DNA of 64,000 bases from Azolla caroliniana (taxonomy: Eukaryota; Plantae; Polypodiophyta): contig JBHGNT010000008.1 in assembly GCA_043228905.1 (NCBI GenBank), forward strand, positions 18,166,001 to 18,230,000. Reading direction: 5' to 3'. Positions 41,758 to 54,088 of this stretch are shown one piece after another. Position 1 is the stretch's first letter, and each line of letters starts with the position of its first letter. The notes below the pieces were generated by a model. That model was not told where the DNA came from and ran no database searches. It saw only the letters and a list, made by a program, of their open reading frames with translations. Both the position numbers and the translations under genes were made by a program.

Positions 41758-42595
41758 GAGTAGTAATTATGTCGTCGTCTGTTAGACGAAGGCGAGCTCG
41801 AGGTTGTTGCCTCTGAGTCTCCCTATACTCCTCTCCGTACACTTAGTGATTTGTTTTCTTGGGGTTTGTGGACCTCCATGGTTTTTCCTTTTCGGGTTTT
41901 CCACGTAAAATATCATGTGCACTATCTCTTCTCTTCATTTTTCGGTACTTTCTATTTTCTGCCTGTGCACTATCTTTCTCAATTCTTTGCACCCGAACAT
42001 ACATACGTCAACTGGTTTTAGCCGGTCACGATCGCTACACTTATCTATGCATATGATGGCTCGTAGATTTTCATTATTACAAGACATGTGTTCAAACTCA
42101 CAACCATGGATATCTATTCTTCAATATTTCATTGAGAACAAGGGTTTAACACATGGGAGGACAACGATTAAGGCTTCATGGTGGTAATTACTGAATGGAT
42201 GTATTTCACTTAGGATTCCGGGCTCTTCATGTGTTCAACACTTGGTTACTTCATGTCAAGAAGCACTCTTATTATGTGTATGGAAACCATCATCTAGTAG
42301 AGAGCATTGTAATTCTTTGCAAATAGAGTTACTTGTGTCTTCTTGGTTATTATGTTGGCCAAGAAAGGAGAGATTCTGCTCTCAATTTAATCGTTTGTTT
42401 CGTTTGTGGGTCAAAGAGGTGGGAGATATAGTTGAGGCTCCATCTCAAATAATTTTGGAGTTTGTTGAAGCGCAACACTTATTACGCTTCTTGCCTAATT
42501 ATGGGTTTATTTGGCAACAACTACAAAATATTGCATTGATTTAAGGTCCCTTACCTCTACAAACATGATAAAAACCATCGATTGATTGGTGTTTA
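40324..42595. mobile_element. Decayed L1-type LINE ORF2 with inversion: zf-RVT segment on minus (about 40324-40550), RT and downstream segment on plus (about 40550-42595)
   Basis: Minus: SWHSKLPLVAKIFIWRVLIGGLPLG..CFFC..MEDSTHRFIQC. Plus: QLDLEKVYDHVNW, SIRQGCPLSP, LADDS, HLGYPLG, VAWNHLATPKRLGG. Confidence 0.88.
41394..42039 (+). mobile_element. Solo LTR related to the Copia A LTR family
   Basis: TGTTAGGAAATAGG...CTACA; perfect TSD cttat at 41389-41393 and 42040-42044; similar to the reverse complement of 7906-8482 and 18247-18882. Confidence 0.92.
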
Positions 42596-45500
42596 TGGTG
42601 TCAAACGTTGTCGTGAAGAATTTCGGCCAAAGGCGGAAACCGGGAAACATTGGCTACATCGGCGGGGTGCAGTATGTGTGTTCACCCTTGTACATTTAGT
42701 GTGAATAATGAGGGCCCCTTTATGGCGCCAAAGAGTAGTCAAGTCGGGACAGACGATTCCATGTAAGTCGGGATTTATCCCACATTGTAACGCATCCCTC
42801 TCCTTGTTCTATAAAAGGAAGGGAACGCCCTTTGTGAAAGGGTTGCCCATTTTGCGTTAGAGGGTATACCGTTAGATTTAGGGTTAGTTACATTTCTTCT
42901 TCTTCTTCTTCTCCCCCTTCGTGCTTGCTTAGGGTTTGCTTAAGCTCGTCTCCTGCGCAAGACCCCGTTCGGAGCGACAAGGCCGTGAGCTCCCCGACCG
43001 GCGGCTTGGCAGCCGACGACTACTGTAACCTACCTTGGTCCGCCTCGAAGCCGGGAATGTATTCTTCCTTTTATATATATACATTTGCGTCTGTCTGTGT
43101 ATATTCGTGTCTCTGTTAATGTCGGGTGCTTCCCCTTTCCTGCGTTTCTTGTACATAAGGGCGTGAGTCAGGTCGGCCTGTGTGTGTGTGTGTGTGTGCG
43201 TGAGTCGGTGTCAAGCGCACGCTCCCTCTCTTTCTCTCTCTCCCTTCGGTTGCTTCCGGTGTGCTTCTGGGATGCCCCGGAAACGGTGAAGTACGACTTC
43301 CTACGCTCCGTCACTCCCTAGTCCAAGACCCCCGTGGTCCTGCCTTTCTCCACGCACGCGCGTAACAACGCGACATCTTTGGTGAACCCGATGTGAAAGG
43401 CGGCAAGGGAGGATGGAGTCGGAAGACGACGACCTCGCGGTGATGGTGGCCGAAGTGGTGTTGGAGTTGGCACGAGTGGTGATGAGGCGAGAAGCAACGC
43501 AACAAGCGGTTGAGCGAGTTGTCGAAAGAGTCGGTCCTTTCAACGGGGAAAAAGTCCCATCTTACTTGGGAGCCTACAACGCGGATATGGAGGAGCGTGG
43601 CGTAGACGAGGCGTTGAGGATGGAGTTCTTCTGTCGGGTTGTAGCTGTCCGGATGCATGCGGAAGTAAAGGAGCTCCGTGAGGCTCATAGTTCGTGGGAG
43701 GCCTTCGAAGAGGCGCTCCTGAAGGCATACGGAGGATGGCGGAAGATCGGTACCACGGTACCACGGGAGAGGGCGCGGAACAAAACGCCCTCTCGACTTG
43801 CGGAGAATTGCCGACCGAGGACAGGGTCGAGAGCGGAGAAGAGCCCTCCACGCGGATTCCGAAGACTCTGGCGGTCATGCCCGTGTGCCGACATGAGACC
43901 GGAGAGAAGGAAGGCGCCGACAAGGAGTCCTGGCACGATGCCAACGAAGAGGGATGGGAAACGGCCTGTGAGGAGGCCGAGGACGGAAGCGGCACGAGAA
44001 GATCGGCATTCCGATTCAGATGGAGCAGAATCTGGTCGTGGATCGTTCGATCGGGGCCGGATTCGGCGTGAAAGTGCCGATACGGAAGAGGGTGTGGGAT
44101 GAGCCACCCTCTTTTACATGGGGAGAAAGACCGACCGGGCGAAGGTCGAGAATTCGAAGGAAGGTGGTCAAGGGTTCGGAACGAGTCCGGAGAGGTCGGC
44201 ATCAAAACCGAAACTACGGATATTGGAGAACCAAGCCCAGGCGGGGTTTGGTTGATCACAGACCAGATGCTTCTCACCGAACGTACTTGGGAGTAGTACC
44301 CCGAACGAGCGTCCGCAAATCGTTATGGGATGGAAGCACCACGTCTTATCTGGAGACTCAGGCAACCGGTAACGAGCGCCAACATGAGACCGAGAGAGAA
44401 GGTTGGTGGCGGCGGGAAACGGGACCCGACAACACGAAGACGGAACCCGGCTACGTGGAAAACACGAGGAGAGTTGTGAAGGACTCTGACAAAAGACACC
44501 CGAATTTCGGCAAGCATAGAAACGGAGTCCGGTCCTATGGGACCCTCACACCGATCCGGAGACTCCGGCAGTTCGGCCAACGTGGCAACGTGAGACCTAG
44601 GGAGAAGGACGGTGGCGGCAGGGAACGGGACCCAACGACACGAGGTAGCGGATAGGGAGCCGGTAAGACGGGCGGACGAAGTGCGAAACCCTCACCAGCC
44701 GGTTACAGTTTCGGAAGGAGCCGATAGGGGCAAACATAGGGAGGTGCGTCAGGCCGGAAAGGCACACCTGGGACGGAACAAGAGTCTCACAAGTGGCCAT
44801 TGCGGGCCGGATCGAAGCGTGACTACGGGACGGTGTTCGGCACGGGCGGAGCCGAACAAAGGAAGCGGAAGACGGCACAAGGGAGGTGCCGAGAACGAGG
44901 TGACGAGTGCATAGTGGACTGCACAAGGTCGGAGTCAGGGGATGACAAGGGAGTCCGGAGGAGGATCCTCCACACTCGCTTCGTAGATCTCGGTAGCTCA
45001 GTCAGAGTAGCGAAGATTGACACGGTGTCGCGTTGTTACGCGCGTGCGTGGAGAACAAGGCGGGACCACTGGGGTCTTGGACCGAGGAATAGGTGAGGAA
45101 AGGGAGAGAGAGAGAGAGACGCTCACTCGCGTATAGACAAAGAAGTGCACGGGGACGCGGCCTAACAACACAGGACGCACGAGTTGAGCAGGAGATAGAG
45201 TATAAGAACACTAGTATATGTATTTGTATGTATGTAGACGACTCGAATGGTTACAACTGATCAGGTCGGCGAGATGGATGCCGACGCCTGATCACCCACG
45301 CACACAAGGGGGAAAGATGGAGATTCTGCCGGAAGTGCACGAGCGTTCCACGGAGCAGAATCAGCCTCTCGAGAACCTGCGCCAAAGAAGGCTATGGAGA
45401 ACGACAGAGAAGAAGAGCTCGGTCCCAGTCCGACAACACTTCCTCCCCTCTAGCGCGCGATCCCTTCTCTCCCCGTCTCCCTCTCTTTTATAGCTCAAGG

Positions 45501-47163
45501 AGGGAGGCTGTTTCACCCGTTTACATCACATTAATTCTCTGTCATTTTGGACAGAGATACTCCTCGATTCTCCCTATAGAATATTGCTACTTAGGATTCG
45601 ACTTTTGTGCCTACCTATCTACTATACAACAAGGGGTGTGCCCACGTATAAGGGCCGGTTCACACACGCTATACACGGTTTGCGCCTGGGGACGGTTTTC
45701 TTCACGACATCCGCCCCCACCTAACCATGCATCCACCGGAATGCGCCAAATTTGGGTTCCTATTGGAGAAAACCGGTCCTTGCTTTTATTCCTCGTTTAC
45801 CGGTTCGTCCTCCACCTCGGGTTGCTCGTCGTTGCTGTCCATGCCCCCTAGCTCTAGCTCACCGTCGTGTCGTTTCTTAAACGCTTTGATCCTCTTCCCC
45901 GCTACCGGTATCGGCATTCTCGTACCGTCGAGCTCCGCGAGATGGTACGTCCCATTGTCGTTGGCGCCTGTTACTACGTAAGGCCCGAACCACCTCCTCG
46001 CAAACTTCTGCGTAGCCCTGTGCTAATTGTCGAGGTTGCTGTCGTAGACTAGGACCCAGTCGCCTTCCTCGATCTTCCTTGGCCGGAGCTGGTGCGTTCG
46101 GTCGAACCGGGCTTTGTTCCTTATCCTCGCTACCCGAAGTTTCTCCGCGGCTCGCTCTACGTCCTCCGGCCTCCGCTCGAGTTGTCGAATCCGCGCCGCC
46201 AACAATTCCTCCCGGCTCATCTCATCCCTCCAGTCCATCGTGGCCCACGAGGAGATCGTTCGCTCTGTTGGCATGATCGGCTTCTGTCCGAACATAAGAT
46301 CTGCCGGCATGAACCCGGTTACCGAACTGTGCGTAGTCCGGTCCGCCCACAAGGCATAAGGTAGCAGCCGTGGCCAATTCCCGACTTGGCCTCCGCACGC
46401 CCATACTAGCGCTTTGACAATCGGCCCGTGTCCGCGCTCTACCTTCCCGTTCGCCTTTGGATTGTACGATGTGGTGAGCGAAAGTTTGACTCCTAGCCGG
46501 TCGAACAACTCTTCGGCCTCTTTTGTGTCCAACTCACCACGGTCAGCCACGATCTTCCCTACGCACCCGTATCGACATACCACGTCCTCAATCAAAAACC
46601 GGCACACGGCTACAGTCATCTTGTTCTGCAGGGCTCGGCCTTCAACCTGGTTTGTTAGATCCTCTCGAGCCAGCACCAGATACCGCATCTGTCCTACCCC
46701 CATCGGCATCGTCACCAAATCCACCATCCACTTGAAGTGGACGGTCGGAGGGTAGGTCGGGTGAAGCTCGTCCCGGTGTCGGATCATGGAGTGCACCTGA
46801 CAGCTTTCGCAAGTCGTCACGAACCGATGCACGTCCTGGTATAGTCCCGACCACCAGTACTTCCCCTTTAGCTTTTCGAACGTGGCCCACGTTCCACGGT
46901 GTCCAGCCCAAGGACTATCATGGTACGCCGCCAACAAATCCTCTTGTTCCTCCTTGGCCACCACTTGGAGCGGGATGCCGTTCCTCCTCTTCGGGTGCTT
47001 CCATATGTACTCGTCCCGGAGAAAGAATCGGTACGCTTTCTTCCGAATCCAGTTGGCCTCATCCTTTGTCCATGCCGCGTCCGGTGTCATTGTTTTCAGG
47101 AACCCGCCGATCTGAAGCCACTCCCCGTTGTACTTGCTCTCGTCGAAATTGCTAAGCGTTGGA

Positions 47164-47927
47164 TGTTACCGGCCGGCAAAGGAGTCCAGAGTGGGAAACA
47201 GAGAGCTAATTAAGTAGTAGGAATGTGGTTGTAATTAAGCTATGAGTGTGGACGGACGGACCGGAATCGGTATGCCGTTCCGGATCCGGACCGATCCCGA
47301 ACAGGTGCGGATGGCACCGTTTTGTAATACAGACCGGAAACCTATTTAAAGGCCCGGATACAATGTAATAGTTAGCGGTTAATTAATGAAAGCTTAAGCG
47401 TTGTTATCTCTCTGTTAATTGCCGTTCTGTCTTAATTGTTATATCTTACGCGTGTTATGAAAGACGATTCTAATAAGTAACTTAATTAAGTCGGATTAAG
47501 CGTTGAAGTCTAATCCGGTTGTCGTAACACCCTTTGGTGAAGTGTCTCCCGTAGACACCCTGTGTTAGGCCATTGTCCGGCCCGAAGAGTTAACACAGTT
47601 TTTGGCGACCACGATTTACGCGTGTTATGAAAGACGATCCTAATAAGTAACTTAATTAAGACAGAACGGCAATTAACAGAGAGATAACAACGCTTAAGCT
47701 TTCATTAATTAACCGCTAACTATTACATTGTATCCGGGCCTTTAAATAGGTTTCCGGTCTGTATTACAAAACGGTGCCATCCGCACCTGTTCGGGATCGG
47801 TCCGGATCCGGAACGGCATACCGATTCCGGTCCATCCGTCCACACTCATAGCTTAATTACAACCACATTCCTACTACTTAATTAGCTCTCCGTTTCCCAC
47901 TCTGGACTCCTTTGCCGGCCGGTAACA
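47164..47927. mobile_element. Palindromic LTR-derived insertion (LTR + PBS + inverted copy of the LTR 5' part)
   Basis: Inverted arms 47164-47437 / 47654-47927 with 2 mismatches seen; TG...CA ends; perfect 5-bp TSD ttgga at 47159-47163 and 47928-47932. Internal LTR end ttaaca at 47595 is followed by PBS-like tggcgaccac at 47603-47612. Confidence 0.93.
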
Positions 47928-50900
47928 TTGGAGTGCATTCCCTACCGGTTGTTACGTAAGCCGCCTCGAAGAAGTCCACGCCAACTTCCTTGTCCTCCGA
48001 AACCATGCCGCCCTCGTTTTCGAACCTCGCCCTTGAAAGCATGTCGGCCATGGCATTGTCTTTCCCGGAAATGTGTCGTACTTCCGGATTCAGGGACTTG
48101 ATGTACGCTATCCACCTGAGCATTGCCAGGTCCGGTGTCGCGCATCCGGAAACCATGCCAAGAATTGGCAGGCAGTCCGTCTCGATAATTACCTCTGTCC
48201 CGATCAGGTAGTCTTTATCGGCCTTTACCGCCGAAACGATACCCCAGAGCTCGCATTTAACCTGGGCGTATCCTTGCTATCGCTCGCTGAGGACCTTCCC
48301 GCCGAACCGGATCGGGAAATGCATGCCGTCCTTGTCCTCTTGGTTGACAACCCACCCGATCCCGGTCGAACTCGTGTCTACCGTCACGTAAATTGGAGTG
48401 TCCTTTCTGTAGACAGCCTTTCGGAGCGCCGGAGCTGCGGCAAGTGCTTCATCTTTCGGACAGACTCCGTATGCTCGTCTCTCCACTCGAATTTTCGCCC
48501 CTTTTTCAGCAACCCGTATAACGGCTCCGCGATGTGGGCGTAATGCGGGATCCATATGTGGTAGAACACGCATGCTCCCAAGAACCTCTGAACCTCCGTG
48601 ACCGAGCTACATTCGTGCTTCATCGCGGAGATGGCTTCTACCTTAGCCAGAGATGGTTTCCGGCCGTACGACCCGCATAGGTGTCCGACGACCATGATCT
48701 CTGATTGCCCGAAGGCCGATTTTCCCCCGGAGAAGATGATCCTCGCGCCCTCTAACATCTGCAACACCTTCTCGCAGTCATCGATGTGCGTCGCCACGAA
48801 TTTTCGGCACCCGTCCGGTTCGATCGTCTCGTCTTTTTCCTCCACTGGGCATCCCTTGATCGGGATGTCGTCCAAGAACGGCATGGTGATGTCCGGGATG
48901 CAGTCATTGAGCACTTTGTTCATCGCGTTCACCATGTGAGCCACTGAGTTCGTCCCTCCTTGTGGCAGGGTACACATCCGCACTAGGCCGAGAGGAGTCC
49001 GCATTGTCGTAATGTCTTTGCTCTCCACGGCTAGTTGGAACTGATCGTACCCCGAGTACAGATCACCGACAGAATAGATCGACCTTCCAGCGAAGGCCTC
49101 CGCAAACTCGTCTATGGTCAGTCCGATCCCTACATTACGGATGGTCACCTTGTTGACCGGTTGTAGGTCCTGGATGAAGCGCAACGTGCCGTTCTTCTTC
49201 GGCACCGTAAACCACCGATTCGAATACGGGGCATTCGACGGTTCTAGGATGCCCATCTCCACCCTTTGCTTCAGGAGCTCCATCAACTTCGGGATGTTAG
49301 CTCTTGGCACCGGAATCAGCTTGAGATTCCACGGTACATGCAGTACCGTGAAGATCACCATCGGTTCGATAACTGTCGGGTCTACGCACCCAATCTCCTC
49401 CGGTGAGAATGCGAAAGCCTTCCCGTGCCTTTCGAGCATTCTCCGAAACCGGTCCTCCTTCGCTGGCAGTAGGAAGCCGCCCCCACCGACCTTGAGCTCC
49501 CGTAGCGTTATGTCGGTGAACCGGTGCCCTATGCCAGCCGGATTCCGTAAACTTGGGTCCGACGCGACCCCTTTTATCCGCTCCTCGCTGCCCTCCGGCA
49601 AGGGTGTCGCGACTGGCCTCACCTTCCGGTCCATAGTCTTGTATTTCGTATCCACGCGGGCCGTTCGATCCGACCCGATCCTTTCCCTGAAGTCCGCGAT
49701 GACTTCGTACATTCCCATCGATCCTACCGGAACGGTTCAGTCTTCTCTAAGGTCTTCATCGATCACCTTTTGTAGTTCGCCCAAGGTGTCGTCAAAAGAG
49801 ACCGCCTCCACGGCGCCGCTGATGTCTTTGTCGGGGAAGAGGACTCCGCATCCCTTGAGCCGCTCCTCCGCTCGCTTCCTCTCCCGGCCGCTAACGCCGG
49901 TTATAGTACAACCTCCGTTGTCGGAGAACCAAAACTTCCTACCCATGGTACAAGTCTTCTTCCGTACTGTACTTTTGTGGGGTTGTTCTCGGGAGTCCGG
50001 ACTATCGCGACCCCACGCCTTGATAGCCCTCTCTAAAAATCCCCTCGGGTTTCGCTGCCGAGGGCCTCGCGGTTATGCTTGTGGTTTGGTCTTACCGTTT
50101 GGAACTGGACTGAGTGGCGCCCGTCCTGGCTTTTGACTCTTGCATAGGCTGAACCGTTGTCCAGCACCTTGGTCTCCATCCGTGCCACCGTGATATATGG
50201 CTCTCCTAGTATAACCGGATGCGAGGACGTCTCCTGCACGAAGAAGTGATGGTCGATCTCGACATCGCCGATTTTCACCCGTACGTTCGGACAGGCCCCA
50301 TGTAGTTCTTCCGTGGCGCGCGTCGCTGCCCGTATCTTCCAGCCATGCTTGGTGTTGATCGGCCATTTCCCCTTTTTGTAGAAGTCCATGGACATCAAAT
50401 TGATTTCTAAACCGTGGTCCACCAACGCCACCACCGATTCATGAACATCTCCGATCTTCACAAGGGTTTCCGTGGTCGCTCTGGCCCAGTGCGGCCTTGA
50501 ATAGTGGCTCTCCGCCAACTCTTCTTCCAGCGCCATGTCCTCTATGTGCGTTGTTCGCACCTCCACCGACTTCTCTGGTTCTGTCTCCGTCGACAGCCTC
50601 TTCCTCTTCACCAAGTCTACGATGGAGTTGTGGAACTCTTTCTTGGAGATCCCTAGCACTTCCCTCAGCGACAGTTCCACCTTGCTATCGAGGATTTGTT
50701 CTTCCAGGACCTTTCGCAGGTCCGTGGATCTTTCGATTTCTGTGCCCAGCCGGTACCCGCCCCTCTTGGGATTATCCTAGGCGCCGGTTACACCGGCCTC
50801 ATTCCGCCTTTGCCCGAATCGAGTTTCATATCGTTGTGAGGGCCCGGCCCCCCCGGTTTTTCCTACCCGCTTGTCCTCCACTAGAGCCTCGTAGTTTTGA

Positions 50901-52180
50901 CAAGCGGCTTCAACGAAGCCCGTCTTTTCTTCCACCGAGTCACTCCACCCGGTTACCTCTTGGACCCGTTTTTCCGCGCGGTCCACCTCTTCTTTCCTTA
51001 GTCGTGCGCCGGCGAGGCCTTCTAGCATCGTCGGCCAGAACCCGGCTTTGTTCGTCTTCGGGGCCTCGCCACCTCCGACCCGAATACTAGCTAATGCCGA
51101 GTAGTGGACGGTCTCCGCGTGACAAGCCGCCGCCTCCTCCATCAGCCTTTTCATACCCCCTCGCTCGACGTTCAGGTCCAGGGCCCTTCGGGTCTCGCTG
51201 GCGTGCACCCGACCGGTCCACAAGTACACCACGTTGCTTCTCATCGCCTCGGCGAAGTCCTTGCAGTCCTTCCGGATGTGGCCAACCGCGTCACACCACA
51301 TGCACCTGTTTTCAGCCAGAGGTCATCGGTCACGGGCCTGTTCGCCACCATCCCTCCGTGCCTAGGCGATCTGGTGATCCTTTACCATCCACGTCAGTTC
51401 CTCCAAAGCTGCTCCCCCGGACGAGCCCTTGACCATGCCGGTCGAAGCCGATCTGGTCTCGAGCCAATCTCGGGTCTCTTCCCTTCGAGTTGGTGGTGTT
51501 GGCTCGAGCTTCCTTGCTACGTCAGAGCCCGCCCTTGTCGATCCTTTGTCAACCCATTCCCGCCGTTTGTTGAAACGGCCACAGACCCTCTTCACCACGG
51601 CCCAGTCGGCCGTCAGCCCGTTATCCGTCTTCAATAGGAGGCCTACTTGCTCCCGATCCCGCTCGTCAACTGACTTAACAAACAATAGGACACGACTTGT
51701 GTCTAGAATGGTCCGGTCAAGCACCGAGAAGCGTGCGAAGCGTTCCTCAAACTTCCGGAGGAGCACCGACGCGTTCCTTCCTTTGTCGGGGGTCTCCACC
51801 CACTCCATGAAGTCCCGCTTCGAAAGTCGAAGCGCATCTTCAAGCCTGTATTTTTCTAGGAGCCGACCTTCGAACTCCTCCCAGGTCCGGCTCTCGGCCC
51901 GTACCTCGAGCACCTCCGTATGGATGCCTGGCATCGCCACTCGAGGGAATCCGGCTAGATGCCTCTCTTCCGGAATGTCCCTCATTACCATCTCAGCCCG
52001 ATAGGACGCCAAGTAGCTAGTGGCATCCTTCCCACTAAACTGTCCGATCGTACCAACAACCGCCTCGATAGCCCTATCAAGGGCGCCGGTGCCTTTGCGT
52101 GCACTCACTATACGGTCCACAGCCGAAGCCATGGCTTTTGCGAGGTCCGACCCCCTCATCTTCTACTCCTCTGCCGCCTG

Positions 52181-52198
52181 TTCACGTCGGGTTCACCA
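52181..52198 (-). promoter_or_regulatory. Primer-binding site complementary to the tRNA-Trp 3' end
   Basis: The plus strand reads ttcacgtcgggttcacca, matching the plant cytosolic tRNA-Trp 3' end as recalled (..TTCACGTCGGGTTCA-CCA); it lies 4 nt from the LTR. Confidence 0.8.
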
Positions 52199-54088
52199 AA
52201 GATGTCGCGTTGTTATGCGTGTGCATGGAGAACAAGGCGGGACCACTGGGGTCTTGGATCGAGGAATAGGTGAGGAAAGGGAGAGAGAGAGAGAGATGCT
52301 CACTCGCGTATAGACAAAGAAGTGCACGGGGACGCGGCCTAACAACATAGGAGGCATGAGTTGAGTAGGAGATAGAGTATAAGAACACTAGTATATGTAT
52401 TTGTATGTATGTAGACGACTCGAACGGTTACAACTGATCAGGTCGGCGAGATGGATGCCAACGCCTGATCACCCACGCACACAAGGGGGCAAGATGGAGA
52501 TTCTGTCGGAAGCGCACGGGCGTTCCACGGAGCAGAATCAGCCTCTCGAGAACCTGCGCCAAAGAAGGCTATGGAGAACGACAGAGAAGAAGAGCTCGAT
52601 CCCAGTCCGACAACACTTCCTCCCCTCTAGCGCGCGATCCCTTCTCTCCCCGTCTCCCTCTCTTTTATAGCTCAAGGAGGGAGGCTGTTTCACCCGTTTA
52701 CATCACATTAATTCTCTGTCCTTTCGGATAGAGATACTCCTCGATTCTCCCTATAGAATATTGCTACCTAGGATTCGACTTTTGTGCCTACCTATCTACT
52801 ATACAACAAGGGGCGTGCCCACGTGTAAGGTCCGGTTCACACACGCTATACACGGTTTGCGCTTGGGGACGGTTTTCTTCACTACAACGGCAAGCCCGGG
52901 ATGACAAGCTGGTGGGGGCGAGGGGATGACGGCAAGCGGAAGACTCAGGACCTGTTGCAGCAGCGCAAAACGAGAAAGGTGAAGCAGGCCACTACGAGCA
53001 TTCCTCAAGCGGAGGACATCGGGCATACGGCGGAGAGCGGGGCCTGCATACGGCCGAACAAGGGACAACGGAAGTACACGTAGTACGGAGATTGCGGTGA
53101 AGGACCCATCGACGGGTCGAACGAGCCTACGGGGAGGTAAGCGCGAAGGAAGAACCGAAGCCGACGGTTCGAATCGGCAGCGAGCCGGGATGCGGATCAC
53201 GGTTGACCGGTTTCTCACCGGCCGAAATCTCTCACCCTTCATCGGATTTGGCACGTACCGGTGGACGTGCAGTTTGGTGTCAAACGTTGTCGTGAAGAAT
53301 TTCGGCCAGAGGCGGAAACCGAGAAACATTGGCTACATCGGTGGGGTGCAGTATGTGTGTTCACCCTTGTACATTTAGTGTGAATAACGAGGGCCCCTTT
53401 ATGGCGCCGAAGAGTAGTCAAGTCGGGACAGACGATTCCATGTAAGTCGGGATTTATCCCACATTGTAACGCATCCCTCTCCTTGTTCTATAAAAGGAAG
53501 GGAGCGCCCTTTGTGAAAGGGTTGCCCATTTTGCGTTAGAGGGTATACCGTTAGATTTAGGGTTAGTTACATTTCTTCTTCTTCTTCTTCTCCCCCTTCG
53601 TGCTCGCTTAGGGTTTGCTTAAGCTCGTCTCCTGCGCAAGACCCCGCTCGGAGCGACAAACCCGTGAGCTCCCTGACCGGCAGATTGGCAGCTGACGACT
53701 ACTGTAACCTACCTTGGTCCGCCTCGAAGCCGGGAATGTATTCTTCCTTTTATATATATACGTTTGCGTCTGTCTGTGTATATTTGTGTCTCTGTTAGTG
53801 TCAGGTGCTTCCCCTTTCCTGCGTTTCCTGTACATAAGGGCGTGAGTCAGGTCGGCCTGTGTGTGTGTGTGTGTGCGTGAGTCGGTGTCAAGCGCGCTCT
53901 CCCTCTCTTTCTCTCTCTCCCTTCGGTTTCTTCCGGTGTGCTTCTGGGATTCCCCGGAAACGGTGAAGTACGACTTCCTATGCTCCGTCACTCCTTAGTC
54001 CAAGACCCCCGTGGTCCCGCCTTTCTCCACGCACGCGCGTAACAACGCGACAATGTCGTTGTTACAAGTGACTACTAATCTTTTGTAT

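Larger units (their letters stand above)
45026..52886 (-). mobile_element. Ty3/Gypsy (non-chromovirus-type) LTR retrotransposon, full domain set, frameshifted
   Basis: LTRs 52203-52886 (5') and 45026-45709 (3'); TSD acgg at 45022-45025 and 52887-52890; PBS 52181-52198; PPT next to 45710. Domains: Gag 51362-52159, zinc knuckle, PR (ALVDHG) 50033-50680, RT (LPQG, FLDD) 48384-49718, RNase H about 47930-48400, INT (HHCC, DRGE, NGKVER) 46023-47090. Confidence 0.96.
42599..54052 (+). mobile_element. Non-autonomous Ty3/Gypsy element (gag N-terminus only), interrupted by a nested Gypsy
   Basis: Highly similar LTRs 42599-43375 and 53278-54052 (TGTC...GACA); PBS tggtgaacccgatgtgaa at 43380-43397. Gag-like ORF from 43413 (VGPFNGEKVPSYL...SWEAFEEALLKAY). 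No pol in its roughly 2-kb interior. Flanks atgg/atgt suggest an imperfect 4-bp TSD. Confidence 0.88.

Noticed and set aside
49114-50136. 340-aa plus-strand ORF and other long GC-rich ORFs at 43500-53400
   Set aside because: These are antisense or off-frame shadows of Gypsy gag/pol in GC-rich sequence, with no independent motifs.
52181-52198. tRNA-Trp gene
   Set aside because: Only the 18-nt 3' end is present, next to an LTR; it is a primer-binding site.
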